Part shown: positions 1-7,661 of the stretch, one piece after another
Layout: each line of letters begins with the position of its first letter
Position numbering within the stretch: the first letter of the stretch is position 1
Assembly: GCA_009886115.1 (NCBI GenBank)
Contig: VFJJ01000014.1
Coordinates: 1 to 44,229 of the forward strand
Source of the DNA: Actinomycetota bacterium
Lineage (GTDB): Bacteria; Actinomycetota; Acidimicrobiia; IMCC26256; VFJJ01
DNA length: 44,229 bases
Reading direction: 5' to 3'
The notes under the pieces: generated by a model
Databases searched by the model: none
What the model was told of the DNA's origin: nothing
What the model saw: the letters and a program-made list of their open reading frames with translations, nothing else
Position numbers and translations under genes: made by a program

Positions 1-84
1 ACAGGTACAGGTACAGGTACAGGTACAGGTACAGGTACAGGTACAGGTACAGGTACAGGTACAGGTACAGGTACAGGTACAGGT
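1..84. repeat. Perfect hexamer microsatellite (ACAGGT)14, running off the left edge
   Basis: 14 exact copies at 1-84; true length unknown because it reaches the window edge. Confidence 0.97.
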
Positions 85-103
85 GGTCCTGAGCACCGTA
101 TCA

Positions 104-191
104 CGATCATGCGTTCGGGGCAAACATTCGTTCGATTCCCTCTTGACGACGAACGTCCGTTCGTGGTTGGATCTCATCGAACAGTCGTTCG
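104..191. promoter_or_regulatory. Four LexA (SOS) boxes, GAAC-N4-GTTC type
   Basis: Perfect cores CGAACGTCCGTTCG (150-163) and TCGAACAGTCGTTCG (177-191); one-mismatch CAAACATTCGTTCGA (121-135) and CGATCATGCGTTCG (104-117). TTGACG at 143-148 abuts one box. Context matches the lexA/LysM-nrdR-nrdJ locus. Confidence 0.88.
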
Positions 192-308
192 GTGTCGTTC
201 GTGCGAGCTCGGGTCGAGGCCGGGTCGCTCTCGCCCCGTCCGGCTACCGGAGGGTGCCCGCCACCACCGGGCGCCCTCCGCCCCGACGTCGCCTTCCCGG
301 AGATCATC

Positions 309-902
309 ATGTCGAGCTTCACGTGCCCTCCAACCGTGCTCCACGTCGGCCCCGCTCGGGCAGAACGCGGCTCGCCCGGCGAGGGCAGCGCACGGAGGGC
401 CTGGCCGCTGGCCAGCGGGGCCGACGCCTGGTTTCCCGAGCCGCTGATCCTGAGGGCGGCCCAGCCTGGTCGGTGCCAGCCCCGTCAGGCTCCGTCCGGG
501 CCGACGCATCGACGGCGCTCCGCGGCCGGTGAAAGTCGCCGACCGATCGGCCACGGCGTCCGGATCGGCGCCGGTTCGTCGAGTCGCGATGCCCGCACCG
601 TCGCTCGCGCCCGGCGGAGCATCGTCCTCGCGCTGGCGCTGCTGGTCGTGACCACCATCCCTGCGATGGCCGATGGTCTCGGCGGGTCCGGTCCCCAGGG
701 TTCAGCCGCCTCCGGTGCTCCCGAGCCCATGGCGGCGATCGTCCACTACGTCGAGCCGGGAGACACCCTGTGGTCGATCGCTCGGCGGATCGAGCCCGAC
801 GGCGAGGTTCGGCCCATCGTCGACGCCCTCTCGCGAGCTCGGGGGGGCCTTCCGTTGCAGCCGGGCGAGGCCATCCGCTGGCCCCTCGGGTCGGGGCTCT
901 GA
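309..902 (+). CDS. LysM membrane protein, SOS-inducible division-inhibitor-like (YneA/ChiZ/DivS position)
   Basis: TM segment SIVLALALLVVTTIPAM, then LysM (HYVEPGDTLWSIARR...LQPGEAI); downstream of SOS boxes and upstream of nrdR. Start at 309 chosen for an upstream GGAG; uncertain. Confidence 0.8.
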   Translation: MSSFTCPPTVLHVGPARAERGSPGEGSARRAWPLASGADAWFPEPLILRAAQPGRCQPRQAPSGPTHRRRSAAGESRRPIGHGVRIGAGSSSRDARTVARARRSIVLALALLVVTTIPAMADGLGGSGPQGSAASGAPEPMAAIVHYVEPGDTLWSIARRIEPDGEVRPIVDALSRARGGLPLQPGEAIRWPLGSGL

Positions 903-1003
903 CGGCCTGCCCGTCGACGGCTTCCAAGGACGCGCTTCGAGGGGGCTGGCGTTGTCGAGGCCCGTGTTGGTGAGGGTGCCCGGGAGGGTCCTACGGTAGG
1001 TGC

Positions 1004-1483
1004 GTGCGCTGTCCGTACTGCGAGGCCGTCGAGACCAAGGTGGTCGACTCGCGCGTGACCGACGGCGGTGCCGCCATTCGCCGACGGCGCGAGTGTCTGC
1101 ACTGCGAGCTCCGTTTCACCACGTTCGAGCGCACCGAGGACGGCGGGCTCGTCGTGGTCAAGCGATCAGGCGGGCGTCAGGCGTTCCAGCGGGAGAAGCT
1201 CCTGTCGGGTCTCCGGCGAGCGGCCAAGAACCGTCCCCTCGATCCGGCGGCCCTCGAGGCCGTGGCCGTGTCGGTCGAGGAGCATGTCCGAGCCCGTGGA
1301 CCCCTCGTGCCCACCGACGAGATCGGCCGTGCCGTACTCGAGCGGCTGCGTGAGCTCGACGAGGTCACCTACCTTCGTTTCGCATCGGTGTACATGGGGT
1401 TCGAGGACGCCACCGACTTCGCCCGGGAGGCCGGGCTCCTGAACAAGGCGACGGCCCCCAAGGAGCGTCGCCGGCGCGGCTGA
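1004..1483 (+). CDS. nrdR: Transcriptional repressor NrdR
   Basis: MRCPYC...VVDSR...IRRRRECLHC..RFTTFER Zn ribbon; ATP-cone VVKRSG; YLRFASVY. Confidence 0.98.
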   Translation: MRCPYCEAVETKVVDSRVTDGGAAIRRRRECLHCELRFTTFERTEDGGLVVVKRSGGRQAFQREKLLSGLRRAAKNRPLDPAALEAVAVSVEEHVRARGPLVPTDEIGRAVLERLRELDEVTYLRFASVYMGFEDATDFAREAGLLNKATAPKERRRRG

Positions 1484-1582
1484 AGGCTCGCGGCCGCGCC
1501 CTCTGGCGGTGCCACACGAGCGACCAATCGGCGCTTTTCGGCAGGATCGCGGAGATGGACCAGAAAAATTCCGGTCTGATTG

Positions 1583-1612
1583 TTGACAGGAAGAGAATCC
1601 CAGTGCTGTAAT
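1583..1612 (+). promoter_or_regulatory. Sigma70-type promoter of nrdJ
   Basis: TTGACA (1583-1588), 18-bp spacer, TG-N-TGTAAT (hexamer 1607-1612) in an AT-richer intergenic patch. Confidence 0.7.
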
Positions 1613-1614
1613 TT

Positions 1615-1661
1615 ACCCCTGATCTCGCGGTCCGATGTCCGCAACCCACAAGATGTAGTGG
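1615..1661. promoter_or_regulatory. Tandem NrdR boxes
   Basis: Strong 16-bp box CCACAAGATGTAGTGG (1646-1661) and degenerate ACCCCTGATCTCGCGG (1615-1630), 31 bp apart, the usual NrdR-box spacing. Confidence 0.75.
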
Positions 1662-1820
1662 GTAATGGAAGAATTCGGTGTCCGGATGCGTTTGGCCGGG
1701 AGCGTGCGATCGAGAAGCACTGACACCCCGGCGCACGATGACGGCTCCGTGAATCTCGCACGGTGACGATCGGGCGTCGACATGTTCACTCCACGAGACG
1801 TTGAAGGGAAACGCGCCAAC

Positions 1821-4652
1821 ATGGCCATGGCACCTGAGCAGATCGGCATCGGAATTCGTCGGTGGTTCACCCGCAAGGGTGTTCACCCGTACGACACCGT
1901 CGCTTGGGAGATCCGCGACGCCCGGATCCCCAACCACCGAGACGGCACCGACGCGTTCTTCCAAGCGGGTGTCGAATTCCCGGTGACGTGGTCGCAGAAC
2001 GCCACCAACATCGTCGCCCAGAAGTACTTCCGGGGGACGCTCGGTTCCCCCGACCGTGAGTGGTCGCTGCGCCAGGTCATCGATCGGGTGGCTGACACGA
2101 TCACCGGATGGGGCCTACGTGACGGGTACTTCGTCGACCAGGCCGAGGCCGAGGCCTTCTGCGACGACCTCAAGTACCTGTTGGTCCACCAGTTCGCGGC
2201 GTTCAACTCGCCGGTGTGGTTCAACATCGGTGTCCGCGGGGTGCCGCAGCAGGCCAGCGCCTGTTTCATCCTCGCGGTCGACGACACCATGTCGTCCATC
2301 CTCAACTGGTACGTCGAGGAAGGCACGATCTTCAAGGGGGGATCGGGCTCGGGGATCAACCTCTCGAACATCCGGTCCTCGCACGAGCGCCTCGCCGGTG
2401 GCGGGACCGCCAGCGGGCCGGTCAGCTTCATGCGCGGCGCCGATGCATCGGCGGGCACGATCAAGTCGGGTGGCAAGACCCGTCGTGCGGCCAAGATGGT
2501 GATCCTCAACGCCGACCATCCCGACATCGAAGACTTCATCTGGTGCAAGTCGATCGAGGAGCGCAAGGCCCGAGCGCTGGCCGAAGCCGGTTTCGACATG
2601 GACCTCGACGGACGCGACTCGCACTCGATCCAGTACCAGAACGCCAACAACTCGGTGCGGGTGACCGACGAGTTCATGCAGGCCGTGGTCGAAGATCGCG
2701 AGTGGGAGTTCAAGGCCGTCAAGACGGGCGAGACGGTGCGCACCGTTCGTGCCCGCGACCTGATGCGCCAGATCGCCCAGGCCTCGTGGGACTGCGCCGA
2801 CCCGGGGATGCAGTTCGACACCACCATCAACCGTTGGCACACGGCGAAGAACACGGCCCGGATCAACGGGTCGAACCCGTGCTCGGAGTACATGCACATC
2901 GACAACTCGGCGTGCAACCTCGCGTCGCTCAACCTCATGAAGTTCGTGGGCGATGACGGCGCCTTCGACGTCGACGGGTACCGGCGCGCCGTCGAGATCA
3001 TGTTCACGGGCCAGGAGATCCTCGTCGGCAACGCCGACTACCCGACCGATCGCATCGGCGAGAACAGCCGACGATTCCGTCAGCTCGGGCTGGGCTACGC
3101 GAACCTCGGTGCGTTGCTCATGGCCCAGGGCCTGCCGTACGACTCCGAGGGCGGTCGGGCCTGGGCCGCCTCGCTCACGGCGCTGATGACCGGGCACGCC
3201 TACGCCGTCTCGGCCCGGACCGCCGGGCGGATGGGGCCGCACGCCGGCTACGAGGACAACAAGGAGCCGATGCTCGACGTGTTGCGCATGCACCGCGCCG
3301 CGGTGGCTCGCATCGACGAGGAGCTCGTGCCGCCGGAGCTGCTCGGTGCTGCGCAGCAGGCCTGGGACGAGGCGGTCGACCTCGCCGAGATCAACGGGGT
3401 CCGCAACTCGCAGGCCACGGTCCTCGCCCCGACGGGAACCATCGGGCTGATGATGGACTGCGACACGACCGGTATCGAGCCCGACCTGGCCTTGACCAAG
3501 GCCAAGAAGCTCGTGGGCGGCGGGACGATGTTCATCGTCAACACCACCGTCCACCGGGCACTGCGCCGCCTCGGCTACTCGGAGGGCGAGGCCTCGGCGA
3601 TCGTCGACTACGTCAACGTGAACAAGACGATCATCGGGGCGCCGCTGCTGCGCCCGTCCGACCTGTCGGTGTTCGCCTGTGCCATGGGCGACAACACGAT
3701 CCACTACATGGGTCACGTGAAGATGATGGCTGCCGTGCAGCCGTTCATCTCGGGCGCCATCTCCAAGACGGTCAACCTGCCCGAGGATGCGACGGTCGAG
3801 GATGTCGAGGACCTGCTGGTCGAGGGCTGGCGGCTGGGGCTCAAGGCCATCGCGCTCTATCGCGACAACTGCAAGGTGGGTCAACCCCTCTCGACACAGA
3901 AGAAGGCCGGCGAGAGCACCGAGCGCTCCGGCGCGGGCGCAGTGACCGAGCGGATCGTCGAGCGGGTGATCGAGACGGTCATCATGCAGCAGCCCGTCCG
4001 ACAGCGGCTCCCCCGCAAGCGAACCTCGAAGACGTTCTCGTTCCGGGTGGCCGACTGCCACGGCTACGTCACCGTGGGCGAGTTCGAGGACGGCCGTCCC
4101 GGTGAGGTGTTCCTCCGGGTCGCCAAGCAGGGCTCGACCCTGGCCGGGATCATGGATGCCTTCGCCATCTCGGTGAGCCACGGGCTCCAGTACGGCGTGC
4201 CCCTCGATGCGTTCGTCGAGATGTTCACCAACATGCGCTTCGAGCCCGCCGGCATGACCGACGATCCCGACATTCGCTTCTCGACGAGCCTGGTCGACTA
4301 CATCTTCCGCCGCCTGGCGGTCGAGTACCTGCCCTACGACCGTCGGGTCGAGCTCGGCGTGCTCACCGTGGGCGAGCGCATGCAGCCCACGCTGCCCGGG
4401 GTCGACGAGCAGACGATGCCGGCCCAGTGGTCGACCCAGCTCCGCCATCCCGAGCTCGACGGCGATCCGTTGCTGCGAGAGCTGACCAGCGAGCCCCCGG
4501 CCTCGGCCCCGGCCCCAGCGGCTCCGCCGTCCGTGGTCGCCCGTCCCAAGCAGGTCGAGCAGGTCGTGTGCCACGTGTGCGGCGATCTGATGAAGCGGGC
4601 GGGCAGCTGTCACGTGTGCGAGTCGTGCGGGGCGACGAGCGGCTGCAGCTGA
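1821..4652 (+). CDS. nrdJ: Adenosylcobalamin-dependent (class II) ribonucleotide reductase
   Basis: FNSPVWFN, ASACF, SNPCSEY, LAPTGT, GAISKTVN; C-terminal TSCPD-like domain and CxxC..CxxC..GCS. Start 1821 or 1827 after GAAGGGA. Confidence 0.97.
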   Translation: MAMAPEQIGIGIRRWFTRKGVHPYDTVAWEIRDARIPNHRDGTDAFFQAGVEFPVTWSQNATNIVAQKYFRGTLGSPDREWSLRQVIDRVADTITGWGLRDGYFVDQAEAEAFCDDLKYLLVHQFAAFNSPVWFNIGVRGVPQQASACFILAVDDTMSSILNWYVEEGTIFKGGSGSGINLSNIRSSHERLAGGGTASGPVSFMRGADASAGTIKSGGKTRRAAKMVILNADHPDIEDFIWCKSIEERKARALAEAGFDMDLDGRDSHSIQYQNANNSVRVTDEFMQAVVEDREWEFKAVKTGETVRTVRARDLMRQIAQASWDCADPGMQFDTTINRWHTAKNTARINGSNPCSEYMHIDNSACNLASLNLMKFVGDDGAFDVDGYRRAVEIMFTGQEILVGNADYPTDRIGENSRRFRQLGLGYANLGALLMAQGLPYDSEGGRAWAASLTALMTGHAYAVSARTAGRMGPHAGYEDNKEPMLDVLRMHRAAVARIDEELVPPELLGAAQQAWDEAVDLAEINGVRNSQATVLAPTGTIGLMMDCDTTGIEPDLALTKAKKLVGGGTMFIVNTTVHRALRRLGYSEGEASAIVDYVNVNKTIIGAPLLRPSDLSVFACAMGDNTIHYMGHVKMMAAVQPFISGAISKTVNLPEDATVEDVEDLLVEGWRLGLKAIALYRDNCKVGQPLSTQKKAGESTERSGAGAVTERIVERVIETVIMQQPVRQRLPRKRTSKTFSFRVADCHGYVTVGEFEDGRPGEVFLRVAKQGSTLAGIMDAFAISVSHGLQYGVPLDAFVEMFTNMRFEPAGMTDDPDIRFSTSLVDYIFRRLAVEYLPYDRRVELGVLTVGERMQPTLPGVDEQTMPAQWSTQLRHPELDGDPLLRELTSEPPASAPAPAAPPSVVARPKQVEQVVCHVCGDLMKRAGSCHVCESCGATSGCS

Positions 4653-4660
4653 GTCGAGTC

Positions 4661-4704
4661 GCTTCGGAGGGGGACGGTTCCGATCGTCCCCCTCCAGCGG
4701 TTTT
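4661..4704 (+). terminator. Intrinsic terminator after nrdJ
   Basis: Stem GGAGGGGGACG (4666-4676) / CGTCCCCCTCC (4685-4695), followed by AGCGGTTTT. Confidence 0.8.
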
Positions 4705-4724
4705 CGGGACCCGTCGACGGCCGA

Positions 4725-4893
4725 GCCGGCCGAAGACGAGCAACCAGGCGAAGACCGCGAACAGCACGCCGAAGGTCCCGTAGAGCTGTGACGCCGACAC
4801 GACCATCTGCGGAACGACCAGCGCGCCCAGCCATTTCAGCCCCTCGAGCCCGACGGCCCCGACGATCGCGCCGGGCATGAGGTCACGCAGCGG
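4725..4893 (-). pseudogene. Fragment of a YihY/BrkB-family membrane protein
   Basis: PLRDLMPGAIVGAVG...SQLYGTFGVLFAVFAWLLVFGRL resembles the YihY C-terminal PGA...YG..G...W signature; no N-terminal part, and the frame then runs antisense into nrdJ. Confidence 0.6.
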
Positions 4894-4908
4894 TGCGCTG
4901 CGACAGCC

Positions 4909-5154
4909 TCAGACGGGCGGGACCGCCAGGACGCGGATGTCGAGCAGTTGGTCGACGCAGTACGTCCGGTCGACGAGCCGTTGCCCCGAGACTTCACCCA
5001 TGACCAGGTGCGTCTTGGCGGACACCGCACTCCCGGGCGCCAGGCTGGCGAGGTCGAGCAACTGATCGACGAACCAGGTGCGGTCGACGAGGGATCGACC
5101 AGTCAGTTGCACCATCAGCTCATCGACACGGGTTGTCACGTCGAGTGCGGTCAT
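4909..5154 (-). CDS. 81-aa hypothetical protein with two internal repeats
   Basis: GRSLVDRTWFVDQLLDL and GQRLVDRTYCVDQLLDI; AAAGGA upstream; natural protein composition. Confidence 0.75.
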   Translation of the reverse strand: MTALDVTTRVDELMVQLTGRSLVDRTWFVDQLLDLASLAPGSAVSAKTHLVMGEVSGQRLVDRTYCVDQLLDIRVLAVPPV

Positions 5155-5399
5155 CGGGTCACCCGATCCTTTCGAAAGGCTCGGTGGGGAGTTGGATCTC
5201 GGACACGCCGGTCGGCCTCATCGGCTCGACCACCTTGAGGATACGACGGATCGCCGTGCAGCGGGGTTCGCTTGACCGATTCGGGACCGGCGAGCCCGAG
5301 AATGAGTCGAACGGCCCAACGGGGGCCGCGGCCACGCCACGACCACGCCGAGGCCACGGTAGCGGTTCGATCGGTGGGCGGGCCGTACGATCGATGCTC

Positions 5400-6452
5400 G
5401 TGCTCCACCGCCGCCTCTCACCCGATTCCTATCGCCGGATCACGCTCGTGGCCCTGGTCCTGTTGTGCTTCATCGTGGTGAGTGGGGCGCTGGTGCGTCT
5501 CAGCGGATCCGGCCTCGGCTGCTCCGACTGGCCCAACTGCGAGGAGGGCGAGCTGGTCGCCCCCCTCGAGTACCACGCCCTGGTCGAGTTCGTGAATCGG
5601 CTCGTCACAGGCCTGGTGTCGGCCGCTGTCATCCTCGCCGTGCTGGGCTCGCTGGTTCGCGCCCCTCGTCGCCGTGACCTCACCCGGTGGTCGCTCGGGC
5701 TCGTGGTCGGCGTGATCGCCCAGATCGTCCTCGGCGGGATCGTCGTGCTCGCCGGGCTGAAGCCGCCGTTCGTGATGGGACACTTCCTCGTGTCGATGGT
5801 GCTGGTGGCCAATGCCGTCGTGCTCCATCACAAGGCCAGCCAGCACGATGGCGCGGGCGAGCTGGGCACAGGCGATGTCGACATCGACGACGACGACGTC
5901 GACATCGCGACTCAGGCGGGGCCGAGCATCGCGACTCGGCTGGTTCGGGTGGTGTTCGCGCTGGTCGTGATCGTGCTCGTGCTCGGCACGATCGTGACCG
6001 CGACCGGACCCCACGGCGGAGACGAGACGGCCGAACGCTTCGACCTGCCACTGCGGACGGTCACCCGGGTGCACGCCGGCGCCGTCTGGGCGCTGGTGGC
6101 CCTGACGATCGCCCTGTGCATCGTGGCGTCTCGCGCGCTGCGTCGCGGCGATCGGTCGGCCGAGTCCCTGCGCCGGGCGGCGACGAGGCTGCTGGTCTTC
6201 GAGGCCGTGCAGGGCGCCATTGGCTACCTGCAGTACTTCACCGACGTTCCGCCGGAGCTCGTGGCGCTCCACGTCGCCGGGGCCACGGCCACGTTCATCG
6301 CCGCGGTGCAGCTGCTCATCGTGGGCGGGGGGAGCTTCGCAACGTCCGGCGTCGGCCCCGACGTCGAAGGGATCGGACGATCCTCCGGGCCGGGGGCTCC
6401 GGTGGGGGTGGGTTCGGTGGTGCACGGCTCGGGGCTCGCTCACCCCGGGTAG
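5400..6452 (+). CDS. ctaA: Heme A synthase, COX15/CtaA family
   Basis: GALVRLSGSGLGCSDWPNC, EFVNR, MGHF, GPHGGD, LHVAGA; multiple TM helices. Start 5394 (ATG) or 5400 (GTG, 8 nt after TACGAT). Confidence 0.92.
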   Translation: MLHRRLSPDSYRRITLVALVLLCFIVVSGALVRLSGSGLGCSDWPNCEEGELVAPLEYHALVEFVNRLVTGLVSAAVILAVLGSLVRAPRRRDLTRWSLGLVVGVIAQIVLGGIVVLAGLKPPFVMGHFLVSMVLVANAVVLHHKASQHDGAGELGTGDVDIDDDDVDIATQAGPSIATRLVRVVFALVVIVLVLGTIVTATGPHGGDETAERFDLPLRTVTRVHAGAVWALVALTIALCIVASRALRRGDRSAESLRRAATRLLVFEAVQGAIGYLQYFTDVPPELVALHVAGATATFIAAVQLLIVGGGSFATSGVGPDVEGIGRSSGPGAPVGVGSVVHGSGLAHPG

Positions 6453-6487
6453 GATGGGGCATCGGGAACACTCGTCATCCTCTCGCC

Positions 6488-7642
6488 GTGCTCGCCGCCG
6501 TGGTGAGCATCGGGCTCGTGGCTCCGCTCCTGCCTCTGGTGCCGGTCCGAGCAGCGGCGTTGTGGGCGCCGGCCGACGACATCGAAGCCAAGCGGGCCGA
6601 GGCTCGGGCGATCCAGGACCAGCTCGACGCCCTCGACGAGCGGGCCTCGTTGCTCGACGAGGACCTCAACGTGGCAACGATCGATCTGGCCCGCGCCGAG
6701 CAACGGGTCGAAGAGTCGCAAGCGCTCACCCGTGACGTGCTTTTGGCACGCGACGGAGCGCGGCTGGCCTTCGAGGACTATGCCATCGAGCTGTACACGG
6801 GCGGGGGAACCACGTCCGCGAGCGCTGTCCTCGGCGCTGCGACGTTCAACGAGGCCGCCAGCCGGGTCGTCTACGGCACGGTCGTGGCCGAGTCGAACCT
6901 CGACGCCTACGACCGCTTGTCGGCGCTCGAGACCGACCTCGTCGCCCAGGAGGCGACGCTCCAGGCCATCGAGAACCAAGCATCGGCGCAGCGGGAGCTG
7001 ATCGAGACGCAGCGGGCCGAGCTCCAGCGGGTGGTCGACGCCGAGGTGGAGGTGCTCGCTCGCGTCGAGGGCGAGCTGGCTCGACTGGTCGCCGAGGAAG
7101 AGGCTCGGCGCCGGGCCGAGGAAGAGCGCATCGCCCGGGAGCAGGCGGCCCGATTGGCCCGGGAGGAAGCGGCTCGACGGGCGGCGGCCGAGCAGGAGCG
7201 TCGCTCGCGCCAGCAGGCCCCGGCGCAGACCTCGACGGCCGCTTCGGGTACGGCGCCGGTTCCCGAGACGTTGCCGCCACCACCGCCGGCGAGCCCGAAC
7301 GCCACCCGGGTGATCGAGGCCGCCCGGGCCCTGATCGGGACCCCCTACCGGTTCGGCGCCTCGGGACCGGAGTCGTTCGACTGCTCGGGCTTCACCGCCT
7401 GGGTGTGGCGCGAGGCCGGTGCATCGCTGCCGCACTCGTCGAGGGCCCAGTTCGCATCGCTGCCCAAGGTCGCCCGCACCGACCTGCAGCCCGGTGATCT
7501 GGTGTTCTTCGGGAGCCCGATCCACCACGTCGGCATGTACGTCGGGGGCGATCAGATGATCGACGCTCCCCGCACCGGCTCGTCGGTCGGGATCCGCTCC
7601 ATCAACCGCCGCGATTACACCGGCGCCGTCCGTCCCGGCTGA
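6488..7642 (+). CDS. Secreted NlpC/P60 (C40) peptidoglycan endopeptidase with coiled-coil N-terminus
   Basis: Hydrophobic leader, long coiled coil, Pro-rich linker, IGTPYRFGASGPESFDCSG...PGDLVFF...HHVGMY. Start uncertain. Confidence 0.92.
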   Translation: MLAAVVSIGLVAPLLPLVPVRAAALWAPADDIEAKRAEARAIQDQLDALDERASLLDEDLNVATIDLARAEQRVEESQALTRDVLLARDGARLAFEDYAIELYTGGGTTSASAVLGAATFNEAASRVVYGTVVAESNLDAYDRLSALETDLVAQEATLQAIENQASAQRELIETQRAELQRVVDAEVEVLARVEGELARLVAEEEARRRAEEERIAREQAARLAREEAARRAAAEQERRSRQQAPAQTSTAASGTAPVPETLPPPPPASPNATRVIEAARALIGTPYRFGASGPESFDCSGFTAWVWREAGASLPHSSRAQFASLPKVARTDLQPGDLVFFGSPIHHVGMYVGGDQMIDAPRTGSSVGIRSINRRDYTGAVRPG

Positions 7643-7661
7643 GGCGCCACCGTCGCTGTCG

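Noticed and set aside
1484..1820. Cobalamin riboswitch before nrdJ
   Set aside because: No recognisable B12-box; the promoter and NrdR boxes explain the region. An Infernal scan would settle it.
2115..4613. Long antisense ORFs (832 aa here; also 12288-14741, 24897-27038 and others)
   Set aside because: Shadows of real genes caused by high-GC codon bias; no motifs.
1821..4652. Intein or intron in nrdJ
   Set aside because: Continuous frame, ordinary length, no splicing or homing-endonuclease motifs.
4909..4911. Stop read-through or selenocysteine at the in-frame TGA
   Set aside because: No convincing SECIS-like hairpin or redox context, and the downstream part looks like a truncated remnant.
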